DNA of 64,000 nt from Candidatus Multivoradales bacterium. Lineage in GTDB: Bacteria; Acidobacteriota; Thermoanaerobaculia; Multivoradales; JAHEKO01. The translations under genes were made by a program, and so were the position numbers. Below the pieces are notes generated by a model that saw nothing but the letters and a program-made list of their open reading frames with translations, ran no database searches and was not told the DNA's origin. Shown piece after piece: positions 40,310 through 49,641 of this stretch. Every line of letters begins with the position of its first letter. Within the stretch, counting starts at the first letter, position 1. Where the stretch lies: contig CBDCXM010000009.1 in assembly GCA_965223855.1 (NCBI GenBank), positions 1,216,001-1,280,000 on the forward strand, in the 5' to 3' direction.

Positions 40310-41296
40310 GTGATCGAGGGCTTCGGTCTCGAGCGTCCGGAGGCTCTTCTGGTACTGCTCGCCGTGCCGCTGGCGCTCTTCCAGCGGGTAAGGCTCGATC
40401 GCAGAGAGGACGTGCCGATGAGCCGACTGGCGGTCTTCGGCGGCGGGGTCCGGGGGCTGCGACGGCTGCAGAGACTGGCGCTCGTGCTGACGGCAGTGAT
40501 GCTGGTACTGGGTCTCGCCGGGCCGTACCGGTCGGCGGAGGTGGAGCTCTACGACGAGCCGGGGATCGACATCGCCCTCGTCCTCGACGTGTCGCTGAGC
40601 ATGCTGGCGACCGACTTCGAGCCCGACCGCCTGACGGCGTTGCGCCGCATCGCCGACGACCTTCTGCGCCAACGCAGCGCCGACCGCATTGCCCTCGTGA
40701 TCTTCGCCAAGGACACCTTCGTCCAGTCACCTTTGACGAACGACGACTTCATCCTCCGCGAGCTGCTCGAGGCGGTGACCGTGGACACGGTCGATCAGCG
40801 GCTCAGCGGTGGCACCGCGATCGGTGACGCCCTGCTCGTGGCGACCGATCAGTTGGCGGCCGCGAAGATCGAGGGGCGGGACCAGTCGATGCTGCTGCTG
40901 ACCGACGGCGAGAGCAACGAGGGGATCGACCCGCTGCTGGCGGCGCGCCATGTGGGGGCCAACGACATCCGCCTTTCGATCGTCGGCATCGGCGGCCTCG
41001 ATCCGATACCGGTCTTCCACGAGGGGGAGCCGGTCGGCAACGGACTGATCTCGGCGCTCGACGAGGAGGCGCTGCGCGACATCGCCACGGCGGCAGGGGG
41101 GAGCTACTACCGCGCCGCGGATACCCCCGAGCTCGAGGGGATCTTCGACGAGCTCGAGCGATTGCAGGCGCGCCCGCTCGAGACCCGCCGCTTCGAGGCG
41201 CGCGCGCCGCTCGCTCCACTGGCGGCGCTGGCGGCGTTCGCCCTCTTTCTGCTCTATGCCGGCGCGACGCACGCCGTCAGGAGGCCGCTGCGGTGA
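40310..41296 (+). CDS. batA: BatA-like VWA domain protein
   Basis: GTG start. LAGP, GIDIALVLDVSLSM (MIDAS), SPLT.D, GTAIGDAL, LLTDGESN. Confidence 0.88.
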   Translation: MIEGFGLERPEALLVLLAVPLALFQRVRLDRREDVPMSRLAVFGGGVRGLRRLQRLALVLTAVMLVLGLAGPYRSAEVELYDEPGIDIALVLDVSLSMLATDFEPDRLTALRRIADDLLRQRSADRIALVIFAKDTFVQSPLTNDDFILRELLEAVTVDTVDQRLSGGTAIGDALLVATDQLAAAKIEGRDQSMLLLTDGESNEGIDPLLAARHVGANDIRLSIVGIGGLDPIPVFHEGEPVGNGLISALDEEALRDIATAAGGSYYRAADTPELEGIFDELERLQARPLETRRFEARAPLAPLAALAAFALFLLYAGATHAVRRPLR

Positions 41297-43203
41297 GCTG
41301 GAGCGCGCCCTACTGGCTCACCCTGCTGCTCCCCTTCGGGGTTGCGTTCCTCGCGGCCGCGCGAACGCAGATGCGCTCCTGGGACGAGATCGAGGAGCGG
41401 GTTTCGCCCGACTTCCGGAGTGCCTTCACCCGGCACGATCGCGGCAGTCTCCGGTTCCACCTCGGCTGGTGGTTCCTGATCGGCCTCGTGCTCGTGCTCG
41501 CCGCGTCGGGACCTGCGAGCGAGGGGGTGGAAGGGCACACGGGCGCCGGTCGGGTACTGCTGCTGGTCGACGGGTCCGCGAGCATGTCGGCGGGCGACGG
41601 CGAGCTCTGGCCCGGCCGCACGGTCGAGGAGGACCGTCGGGTGCGGCGACTCGACGTCGCTCGCTGGCTGTCGCGCGATCTCGTCCGTGCGCTGCCCGAG
41701 GCACGCTTCGCCGTCGCCAGCTTCAGCGGCAAGCCGACGCTGCACGTCCCGATGACCGACCGGCTCGACCACATCGACAACGCTTTGCGCACCCTCGACG
41801 GTCACAACTACTACAAGGCGACGGGGTCGAGCCTGGCGACCGCCCTGGGAGAGGCGTTCCACTTCGTGTCGCCGCAGCAACCGGGGCTGCAGGTGGTGTT
41901 GATCGGCGACGGCGAGCTGCCGTTCGAGGAGGACTACGAGGACGTCGTCGAGGCGCTCGCGCAACAGAACATCGCCGTTCACGGCGTGACCATCGGCACG
42001 ACCGAAGGGGTAGGCCGGTTGATCTACGACTTCCGCGACATCGTCGCTCGCGTCGAGAGCCCGCGGGTGCTGCGGGAGTACACGACTCGCCGGGTCGACG
42101 AGCACTACCGGGAGATCGCCCGGGCGACAGGAGGCTCCTTTCATGTCGCCGAGCCAGAAGTGCCGGCGGCCCTGGCGGACGCCCTGCGCGAGTACGAGTC
42201 GCCACCGTCCCAAGTGGAGCGCGAAGCGGCGCGTGGTGATCTGGCGGGCCCGCTGTGCGGCATCGCGCTGCTGCTTCTCCTCGCCGAACCGACCTTCCGC
42301 CGCTCGGGCCGTCCGCGGCCGTTCCGTTTCGACCTCGATCGGATCGGCCGGAGACCGGCCGGCCGGGGGGCGGTCGTCCTGCTGGCGCTTCTCTGCGGCA
42401 GCTGCGCGAAGACGCCGTTGGAGCTGGCGCATCGCGACAACGAGCAGGGGATCGCGCTCGACCGCATCGGCTCCCATCGCGCCGCGCGCCGCGCCTATGA
42501 GCGCAGCGCCGGTTTCGGCGTGCAGCCCGAAGTGCCGACCGCCAACCTGGGGCGCTCGCTGCTACTGGCGGAAGATCACGCCGAGGCGCGCGACATCCTG
42601 CAGGCGGCGCTCGAGCTCGACCCCACGCTCGCCGACGCCTACTTCCACGACGGAGTGGCGCTCTACCTCCTCGGACTCGAAGAGGTCGATCCCGAAGGGT
42701 GCGACCTCGAACGGTCGAAGGAGCTTTGGGAGGCGTCGCGCGAGAGATTCCTCGACGTGCTCGAACTCGACCTCGACGATCCCGATCTCGATCGCGAGAC
42801 GCACGCGAATCTGCGCGTCGTCGAGGCGGCGTTGGCGCAGGTCGAACAGCTCGAGGCCGATCCGCCCCCGGCGTGCAGAGGCGAGGGGGGCGGGGACTCG
42901 GGGGACGCCGGCGGCGGCGGAGGTGCTGGAGGTGGCGGCGGCGGTGGAGGTGGTGGGGGAGGCGGCGGCGGTGGAGGTGGAGGTGGAGGAGGAGGCGGTG
43001 GAGGCGGTGGAGGAGGTGGCGGCGGCGGTTCTCCCCCTCCGCCCCCTCAGCCACCCGACGAGACCGAGCAGGAGACGATCGAGCAGGCGATGCAACGGAT
43101 CGCCCGTCAGGGCTTCGAGGCGGAGAAGTACCATAGGCGAACGCTCCCGGAACAGTTCCCGCGCTCCGCCTGGCAGGACCCCGATCCCGAGCTGTGGTGG
43201 TGA
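41293..43203 (+). CDS. BatB/BatC-like VWA plus TPR fusion with a polyglycine linker
   Basis: GTGA overlap. DGSASMS MIDAS, IGDGE, a TM helix, TPR helices, a Gly tract and a terminal Trp (PELWW). Confidence 0.85.
   Translation: MSWSAPYWLTLLLPFGVAFLAAARTQMRSWDEIEERVSPDFRSAFTRHDRGSLRFHLGWWFLIGLVLVLAASGPASEGVEGHTGAGRVLLLVDGSASMSAGDGELWPGRTVEEDRRVRRLDVARWLSRDLVRALPEARFAVASFSGKPTLHVPMTDRLDHIDNALRTLDGHNYYKATGSSLATALGEAFHFVSPQQPGLQVVLIGDGELPFEEDYEDVVEALAQQNIAVHGVTIGTTEGVGRLIYDFRDIVARVESPRVLREYTTRRVDEHYREIARATGGSFHVAEPEVPAALADALREYESPPSQVEREAARGDLAGPLCGIALLLLLAEPTFRRSGRPRPFRFDLDRIGRRPAGRGAVVLLALLCGSCAKTPLELAHRDNEQGIALDRIGSHRAARRAYERSAGFGVQPEVPTANLGRSLLLAEDHAEARDILQAALELDPTLADAYFHDGVALYLLGLEEVDPEGCDLERSKELWEASRERFLDVLELDLDDPDLDRETHANLRVVEAALAQVEQLEADPPPACRGEGGGDSGDAGGGGGAGGGGGGGGGGGGGGGGGGGGGGGGGGGGGGGGGGSPPPPPQPPDETEQETIEQAMQRIARQGFEAEKYHRRTLPEQFPRSAWQDPDPELWW
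42928..43029 (+). repeat. GGN codon tract encoding 34 consecutive glycines
   Basis: Counted directly: 34 in-frame GGN codons mixing GGC, GGT, GGA and GGG. Confidence 0.95.
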
Positions 43204-43264
43204 GGGCTTTGGCGGTGAGGTCCGCAGTGCTGAAGGGAAGCCGCCCGGAGGCGCCTCGACCGAC

Positions 43265-44155
43265 ATGAGCCAGCCGCAGAAGATCGCCGGTGCCTACCGT
43301 CGCGCCCTCGGCCGTTCCTGCCTGGTCTTCGCGATCGGGCTGCCGACCGGCGTCGCCCTCGTCGCCCTCACGCTTTGGGTGGCCGGTGGCGCCTCGGCCT
43401 CGGCGGACTCGTATCGACCGCTTCTGGCCCTGCTCGTCGCGCCGGCCTTCCTCGCCGTGTTGGGAGCCGGCGCGTGGTGGTTCGTCCGCAGCCGAGGCCG
43501 CCGCCTGGATCGGCTCTTCGAGCCGTTCGGCATGGCGGGAACGCAGGTCGGCGGGGTTCTCCGCGGTTGGACCGGCAGCTGGAACGACCGCGAGGTCGAT
43601 GCGTGGTTCTCCAAGGGGCCGACGTTCGAACTCTTCCTCGGCTGTCACACCGCCACCCGCGGCGGGGTCGGTCGCCCGGGTGCTACCGGTCGCAGATTGG
43701 CCGCCGCGATCTTCGATCGCGAGCCTCTGGAGCCGGTGCCCGGAGAGGCCGAGGGCCTCACCGTCTACGCCGAGGACCCGGAGTGGATGCGATCGTTCCT
43801 CGCCGCTCCGGACTGCAAGGAGGCGCTGGACGAGCTACTGACGGAGACCGATCGGGTCTCGCCCATGCTTGCCGTCGGTCCCGAGGCCCTGCAGTACGTC
43901 AGGCGGTTCGAGCGTCTGGATCGCATCACGGATGCCAGTGTCCGCGGGTGGCTCGAGGCGCTGGAACGGCTCGCCCGCTGCGCAGAGACCGTCGGCCCGT
44001 CGGCGAGCGGTGCGACCCCGAGCCGGCTGGAGACCTGGGCGCGCAAGGAGCGCGGGCGGAGCTGGCTGCCGAAGTTCTTCGGCTGCCTCCTCGTCGGTAC
44101 GGTACTGGTCTTCGCGGGCCTCTTCCTGCTCTTCTACTTCGCTCACTACCGATAG
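43265..44155 (+). CDS. Hypothetical membrane protein
   Basis: Start at ATG 43265 (MSQPQKIAG). Two N-terminal TM helices and one C-terminal TM helix. Confidence 0.7.
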   Translation: MSQPQKIAGAYRRALGRSCLVFAIGLPTGVALVALTLWVAGGASASADSYRPLLALLVAPAFLAVLGAGAWWFVRSRGRRLDRLFEPFGMAGTQVGGVLRGWTGSWNDREVDAWFSKGPTFELFLGCHTATRGGVGRPGATGRRLAAAIFDREPLEPVPGEAEGLTVYAEDPEWMRSFLAAPDCKEALDELLTETDRVSPMLAVGPEALQYVRRFERLDRITDASVRGWLEALERLARCAETVGPSASGATPSRLETWARKERGRSWLPKFFGCLLVGTVLVFAGLFLLFYFAHYR

Positions 44156-44254
44156 AGGGTCTTGGGGGTCGCGCCCCGGAGCGGGGTCGTTCGCGAGGGT
44201 GGTTCTTTGCCGGGTCGGTCGTGCGACAATCGCCGCAACTGAGAGGAGATTTCG

Positions 44255-44977
44255 ATGACCTACCGTCTGACCACCGCCGCGCTGGCGTTCATCCTGTGCT
44301 TCTCGGCTTCGGCCGCGCGTGCCGGCACCGTGACGCTGACCGCCGATCGCGACAACACGCTCTATCAGTCGGACGACGGCAGTCTCAGCAACGGCGCCGG
44401 CGATCACTTCTTCACCGGCGTGACCAACGAGGGTGTGACCCGCCGCGGCCTGGTGCACTTCGATCTGACGTCGATTCCGTCCGGTGCGGTGATCACCAGC
44501 GCGACCCTGACGCTCAACATGTCGATGACGATCGCCGGACCGGTCGATGTGACGCTCCATCGCGTCTCGGCGGATTGGGGCGAAGGCGCTTCGAATGCTC
44601 CCGGCGGTGAGGGAGGTGGCGCGCCGGCGGCGACCGGGGACGCGACCTGGCTCCACACCTTCTTCGACAGCTCGCTGTGGGCGACCGCGGGAGGCGACTT
44701 CGTCGCCGCCGCCAGCGCGACGACCTCGGTCGACGACAACGGCGCCTACGCCTGGGGCTCGACGACCGGGATGATCGCCGACGTGCAGGAGTGGGTCGAC
44801 TCTCCGGCCGACAACTACGGCTGGCTCCTCCTCGGCGGCGAGCAGCTCGAAGGGCAGTCGACCGCCAAGCGTTTCGACAGCCGCGAGGGCGATCAGGAGG
44901 GGACGTCGGGGCCACAGCTCGTCGTCGAGTTCCTGCCTCCCGTGCCGGTCGAGCTGCAGTCGATCACGATCGACTGA
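44255..44977 (+). CDS. Secreted DNRLRE-domain protein with a PVEL-type C-terminus
   Basis: Signal peptide, ADRDNTL...RRGLVHFDL..IP.GAVITSATLTL, NYGWLL, FDSRE...PQLVV, ending PVPVELQSITID. Confidence 0.8.
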   Translation: MTYRLTTAALAFILCFSASAARAGTVTLTADRDNTLYQSDDGSLSNGAGDHFFTGVTNEGVTRRGLVHFDLTSIPSGAVITSATLTLNMSMTIAGPVDVTLHRVSADWGEGASNAPGGEGGGAPAATGDATWLHTFFDSSLWATAGGDFVAAASATTSVDDNGAYAWGSTTGMIADVQEWVDSPADNYGWLLLGGEQLEGQSTAKRFDSREGDQEGTSGPQLVVEFLPPVPVELQSITID

Positions 44978-45183
44978 CGCCGCCTCGAGCGGAGTCCCTT
45001 GCTGACACCACGTGCAAGGGTGTCGGGTGCAAGGGCGCGAGTGCGTCCTATTGCATAGTCGAAGAGCTATCCGGCTGCTAGAAACAGATCTTCCCCAGGA
45101 CGTAGGAAGGCGGAACGGCTCCTGATCGAGACGGCCGCCGAGGGATTCGAATCGTTTCTTTCTTTCCCGAAGAGGAGACCCAG

Positions 45184-48100
45184 ATGACGTTATTCGTCCC
45201 GTCGCAGCGGGCCGGCGTGCGCCGGTGGCCGCTTGTCGCACTCACTCTGCTGTTCCTCGTGGCGACCGCCTCGCACGCCTTCGTGCAACCGCAGTCGGAC
45301 CGCCACGAGCAGCGCAACTTCGACGCCCGGATCGCCGAGAACGTCGGCCTCGTGGCGCCGGAGAACGCCGACCAGCGGGCCGCCGTCGAGGCGCTTCGGG
45401 CGACTCTGCCCGAGCTCGCCGTGACCTACGAGCCGTCGAGCAGTGCCGTGCGCACGCTCTACAACCAGACCGGCTACCTGACCGAGCCGAGCGAGGCGCT
45501 GCCTCGTGAGATCGCACTTCGCTTCGTGACCGACAACCTCACGCTGCTCGGCCTCACGGCAGGGGACGTGCGCTCGTTCGAGGTCACCGACGAGGTGTTC
45601 ACCCGGGCGACGGGTGCGACCCGTCTCTACCTGCGGCAGACGCATGGGGGGCTGTCGGTCTACAACGCCCAGCTGCAGGTCAACATCAACCGCGACGGGC
45701 GGATCCTGAGCGTCAACAACGCCTTCCTGCCGGGTCTCGCCTCGGCGGCGGGTTTCGCCGCGGACGGGCGAGCCGGCTTCCAGCCGGCCCTCGATGCGGT
45801 GGCGGCCGTCGCCTCGGCCGCCAAGTCGATCGGTGTCGACGTGACGCCGGTCGTGACCGAGAGTGCGAGCGGCGTCGAACGGCTCACCCGGGTCAGCCCG
45901 GACGGTCTCTCCCAGGAGCCGATCGAGGCGCGGCTGATGTGGCTGCCGATCCGCGAGGGAGACGTTCGGCTGGTCTGGAACTTCCAGATCTACACCCTCG
46001 ACAGCCAGCACTGGTACGACTTCACCGTCGATGCGACGAGCGGCCGTGTGTGGACCCGGTTCGACTGGGTCAACTCGGGCGACTACCGGGTCTACGAGCA
46101 GCCGGTGGAGGATCCGGGGCATACGAGCCCGGCCCCGCCTGCCGACGCGCGGACGCTGGCGGTCGATCCCGAGAACGCCACGGCTTCGCCGTCCGGCTGG
46201 TTCTCCGGCGGCATCGTCGACGGCAACAACGTCCACGCCTGCATCGACGCCAGTCCGTCGAACAACGCCTGTGACTTCCAGACGAGCTGCTCCGGGACCA
46301 CCTGCGACTTCCCGATCAACCTCAACAACCAGCCCTCGTCGTTCCAGAACGCGGCGGTGGCGAATCTCTTCTACTGGAACAACCTGATTCACGACATCCA
46401 GTATCAGTACGGGTTCGACGAAGCTGGCGGCAACTTCCAGGAGAACAACTTCGGCAACGGCGGCAACGGGTCCGACTCGGTGAACGCCGACGCCCAGGAC
46501 GGCGGCGGCAACTGCAATGCCAACTTCGCGACGCCGACCGACGGTGGCAACCCGAGGATGCAGATGTATACCTGCACCAACGCCAGCCCGGCGCGGGACG
46601 GTGATCTCGACAACGGGGTGATCGTCCACGAGTACGGGCACGGCATCTCGATCCGCCAGGTCGGTGGCCCGGGCAACTCGAGCTGTCTCAACAACAGCCA
46701 GCAGGCCGGCGAGGGATGGAGCGACTGGTTCGCCCTCGCCTACACCCACGAGCCGGGCGATGCGGGCACGGATTCCCGCGGCATCGGCACCTACCTCTTC
46801 GGTCAGGGCCCCAACGGTCCCGGTATCCGCGATCTGCCCTACTCGACCGACCCGGGTGTCAACAACTGGACCTACGAGTCGATCTCGGGCGCCGGCATTC
46901 CGCACGGCGTCGGTTCCCGTTGGGCACAGGCGATCTGGGAGGTCTACTGGGCGCTCGTCGACCAGTACGGCTTCGACGCCGATCTCTACGACGCCAACGG
47001 CGGCGCCGGCAACCAGCGCGCCATGCTCTACGTCAACGAAGGGCTCAAGAACACGGCCTGCTCGCCGACGTTCGTCGCCAACCGCGACGGCATCATCCAG
47101 GCGGCGACCGACAACTACGGCGGCGCCGACGTCTGCCTCCTGTGGGAGACCTTCGCCGCCTTCGGCCTCGGGACGGACGCCGTCTCCGGCGGGTCGAACT
47201 CCACCAACCCGACGAACGGCTTCTCGATCCCGGCCTCGTGTCAGTGCCAGCCGAACCCGATCGCCGACGCCGGAGCGGATCAGACGATCTGCCAGGGCGA
47301 CTCGGCCACCGTCGGTACGTCCGCGCAGGCCGGCCACAGCTACTTGTGGTCACCCGGCGGCCAGTCGAGCGCTCAGATCACGGTCACGCCGACCGTCGAC
47401 ACGACCTACACCGTGACGGCGACCACCTCGTGTGGCAGTGCGCAGGACTCGGCGACGGTCTTCGTCGATGACGGCACGACGGCCGGCGGTCTGGACGACG
47501 ACTTCGAGAGTGGTGGCGGCTCCTGGAGCTCCACCGGCCTGTGGCATCTGACGAGCAATTCGTCGTGTGCCTCGCCCGGCTATTCGTCGCCGGTCAACGC
47601 CTTCTACTACGGCCAGGATTCGAGTTGCACCTACAACTCCGGTGCGGCCAACTCCGGCTCCCTGACGTCGCCGGTCATCAGTGGGATCAACAACACCTCC
47701 ACGCTGACCTTCGACTACTTCCGCCAGGTCGAGAGCTTCACCGGAGGCTCCTACGACCAGACGACGGTCGATATCGTGACCTCGAGCGGATCGACGACGG
47801 TGTTCGCACTCGATTCGACCGACGCTTCGAGCAGCTCCTGGACATCGAGCGGTGCGATCGATCTTTCCGGTTTCGCCGGTCAGAACATCCAGGTCCGCTT
47901 CACCTTCAACAGCGTCGACAACGTCTCCAACGATTTCGTCGGTTGGCTGATCGACGACGTCGTCGTCACCGGCGACTCGGCCTGCACGCCGAGCAACACG
48001 CCGCCGACGGTCTCGATCGACAGCCCGAGCGGCCCGGTGACGGTCTCCGAGGGTACGTCGGTCAACTTCACCGGTACCGCCTCGGACACCGAGGACGGCG

Positions 48101-49548
48101 ACCTGACCGGGTCGATCGCATGGAGCTCGTCGCTCGACGGTGCGTTCGGTTCGGGGGGCTCGGCCAGTGCGACGCTTTCGGTCGGTAGCCACGTGGTCTC
48201 GGCTTCCGTTACCGATTCCGGCTCGCTCAGCGGGTCCGACTCGGTCGACGTGACGGTCAACGCCAACAACGCGCCGACGGTGAGCATCAACTCGCCGGCC
48301 AACGGTGCGCAGTTCGATCAAGGCCAGACGGTGAGCTTCTCCGGCACCGCGACCGACGTCGAAGACGGCACCCTGACCGGAAGTCTCGCCTGGACGTCGT
48401 CGATCGACGGCTCGATCGGTTCCGGTGGCTCCTTCAGCACCTCGAGCCTGTCGCTCGGCACCCACACGATCACGGCGTCCGTGACGGACTCGAACGGGGC
48501 CAACGGCTCCGATTCGATCTCGATCGGCATCAACGTGATCGGAGGAGGCTGCACCGACTGCATCGACTGGAGTTCCACGACGACGGTCTCCTACTCCAAC
48601 CAGGACGTGAGCGGCGACGTCACCATCGAAGACGGTGGCGACACGATCCTGCTCCAGAACAACACCTGGCGCAGGACGACGCAGACGTTCACGATCACCC
48701 CCAACACGGTGGTCGAGTTCGAGTTCGCCTCCGCGGTTCAGGGTGAGATCCACGGCCTCGGCTTCGACGAGGACGACACGCTCACCAACGACGTGCGGAT
48801 CTTCCAGGTCCACGGCACGCAGAACTGGGGCGGCTCGAACCACGACTTCGACAACTACGCCGGTGGCGGCACGTTCACGACCTACCAGATCCCGGTGGGG
48901 CAGTACTACACCGGCACGATGTTCCTGGTCGTCGTGAACGACAACGACGCCGGTTCCGGCAACGACAGCCGGTTCCGCAACGTGCGGGTCTACGAGGACG
49001 TGCCTCCGGGCGGCTGCGCCGCGGACGTCGATTTCTCGGGCGGTGCCGCCGGCTGGACGAACAGTGGTGCGAGCACCTGCTCGACCGGTTCGTTCGTCGT
49101 CGCCACGCCGACTTCGGTCGTCAACGGTGGCGTCACCACCCAGGTGGGCGGTGACCACACCTCCGGCTCGGGCAACGCCTTCTTCTCGGCGACCAACTCG
49201 AGCGCCGGCGTCAACGACGTCGACGGTGGCAACTGCATCGTCACGTCGCCGGTCTATCCGGTTGCCGACGCCTCCGACGTCAGCCTGTGGTACTTCCACG
49301 GTCAGCGTGACGCCGGTGACGACGCTTCGGGCGACTTCTTCCTGCTCGAGATGTCGACCAACGGCGGTTCGAGCTGGTCGACCCTGGCGTCGAACGGCGA
49401 CAGCACCTCCAACGCGGTCTGGACCGAGGCGACGGCGACCGTCGCTGCCGGATCCAACGTGCAGTTCCGCGTTCAGGTCTCCGACGGCGCGAGTGCCGGG
49501 GATCTGGTCGAGGCGGGTGTCGACGACGTGTCGATCTGCCCGCAGTAG
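45184..49548 (+). CDS. M36 (fungalysin) extracellular metallopeptidase with FTP prodomain and Ig/PKD and jelly-roll accessory domains
   Basis: YQYGFDEAGGNFQ, NANFATP.DG..PRMQMY, HEYGH...GEGWSD zinc motifs, and two NxAPTVSI...GTA.D.EDG Ig-like repeats. Confidence 0.93.
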   Translation: MTLFVPSQRAGVRRWPLVALTLLFLVATASHAFVQPQSDRHEQRNFDARIAENVGLVAPENADQRAAVEALRATLPELAVTYEPSSSAVRTLYNQTGYLTEPSEALPREIALRFVTDNLTLLGLTAGDVRSFEVTDEVFTRATGATRLYLRQTHGGLSVYNAQLQVNINRDGRILSVNNAFLPGLASAAGFAADGRAGFQPALDAVAAVASAAKSIGVDVTPVVTESASGVERLTRVSPDGLSQEPIEARLMWLPIREGDVRLVWNFQIYTLDSQHWYDFTVDATSGRVWTRFDWVNSGDYRVYEQPVEDPGHTSPAPPADARTLAVDPENATASPSGWFSGGIVDGNNVHACIDASPSNNACDFQTSCSGTTCDFPINLNNQPSSFQNAAVANLFYWNNLIHDIQYQYGFDEAGGNFQENNFGNGGNGSDSVNADAQDGGGNCNANFATPTDGGNPRMQMYTCTNASPARDGDLDNGVIVHEYGHGISIRQVGGPGNSSCLNNSQQAGEGWSDWFALAYTHEPGDAGTDSRGIGTYLFGQGPNGPGIRDLPYSTDPGVNNWTYESISGAGIPHGVGSRWAQAIWEVYWALVDQYGFDADLYDANGGAGNQRAMLYVNEGLKNTACSPTFVANRDGIIQAATDNYGGADVCLLWETFAAFGLGTDAVSGGSNSTNPTNGFSIPASCQCQPNPIADAGADQTICQGDSATVGTSAQAGHSYLWSPGGQSSAQITVTPTVDTTYTVTATTSCGSAQDSATVFVDDGTTAGGLDDDFESGGGSWSSTGLWHLTSNSSCASPGYSSPVNAFYYGQDSSCTYNSGAANSGSLTSPVISGINNTSTLTFDYFRQVESFTGGSYDQTTVDIVTSSGSTTVFALDSTDASSSSWTSSGAIDLSGFAGQNIQVRFTFNSVDNVSNDFVGWLIDDVVVTGDSACTPSNTPPTVSIDSPSGPVTVSEGTSVNFTGTASDTEDGDLTGSIAWSSSLDGAFGSGGSASATLSVGSHVVSASVTDSGSLSGSDSVDVTVNANNAPTVSINSPANGAQFDQGQTVSFSGTATDVEDGTLTGSLAWTSSIDGSIGSGGSFSTSSLSLGTHTITASVTDSNGANGSDSISIGINVIGGGCTDCIDWSSTTTVSYSNQDVSGDVTIEDGGDTILLQNNTWRRTTQTFTITPNTVVEFEFASAVQGEIHGLGFDEDDTLTNDVRIFQVHGTQNWGGSNHDFDNYAGGGTFTTYQIPVGQYYTGTMFLVVVNDNDAGSGNDSRFRNVRVYEDVPPGGCAADVDFSGGAAGWTNSGASTCSTGSFVVATPTSVVNGGVTTQVGGDHTSGSGNAFFSATNSSAGVNDVDGGNCIVTSPVYPVADASDVSLWYFHGQRDAGDDASGDFFLLEMSTNGGSSWSTLASNGDSTSNAVWTEATATVAAGSNVQFRVQVSDGASAGDLVEAGVDDVSICPQ

Positions 49549-49562
49549 TTCGGCAATACCTG

Positions 49563-49599
49563 AAGCGGGGCGGCCTCCGGGTCGCCCCGCTTGTTTCTT
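49563..49599 (+). terminator. Rho-independent terminator between the convergent M36 and GGDEF genes
   Basis: AAGCGGGGCGGCC-TCCG-GGTCGCCCCGCTT hairpin followed by GTTTCTT. Confidence 0.8.
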
Positions 49600-49641
49600 G
49601 GGGTCGCTCGTTCTTCGACCGGCGGCTGTCCAGCCGGGGGG

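Noticed and set aside
42928-43029. Phase-variable simple sequence repeat
   Set aside because: The codons are mixed triplets, so slippage would not shift the frame. Kept only as a protein-level feature.
45060-45183. c-di-GMP riboswitch before the M36 gene
   Set aside because: I could not find the GEMM core (GGCAAA...GAAA...GACGCAAA) or a class II pattern.
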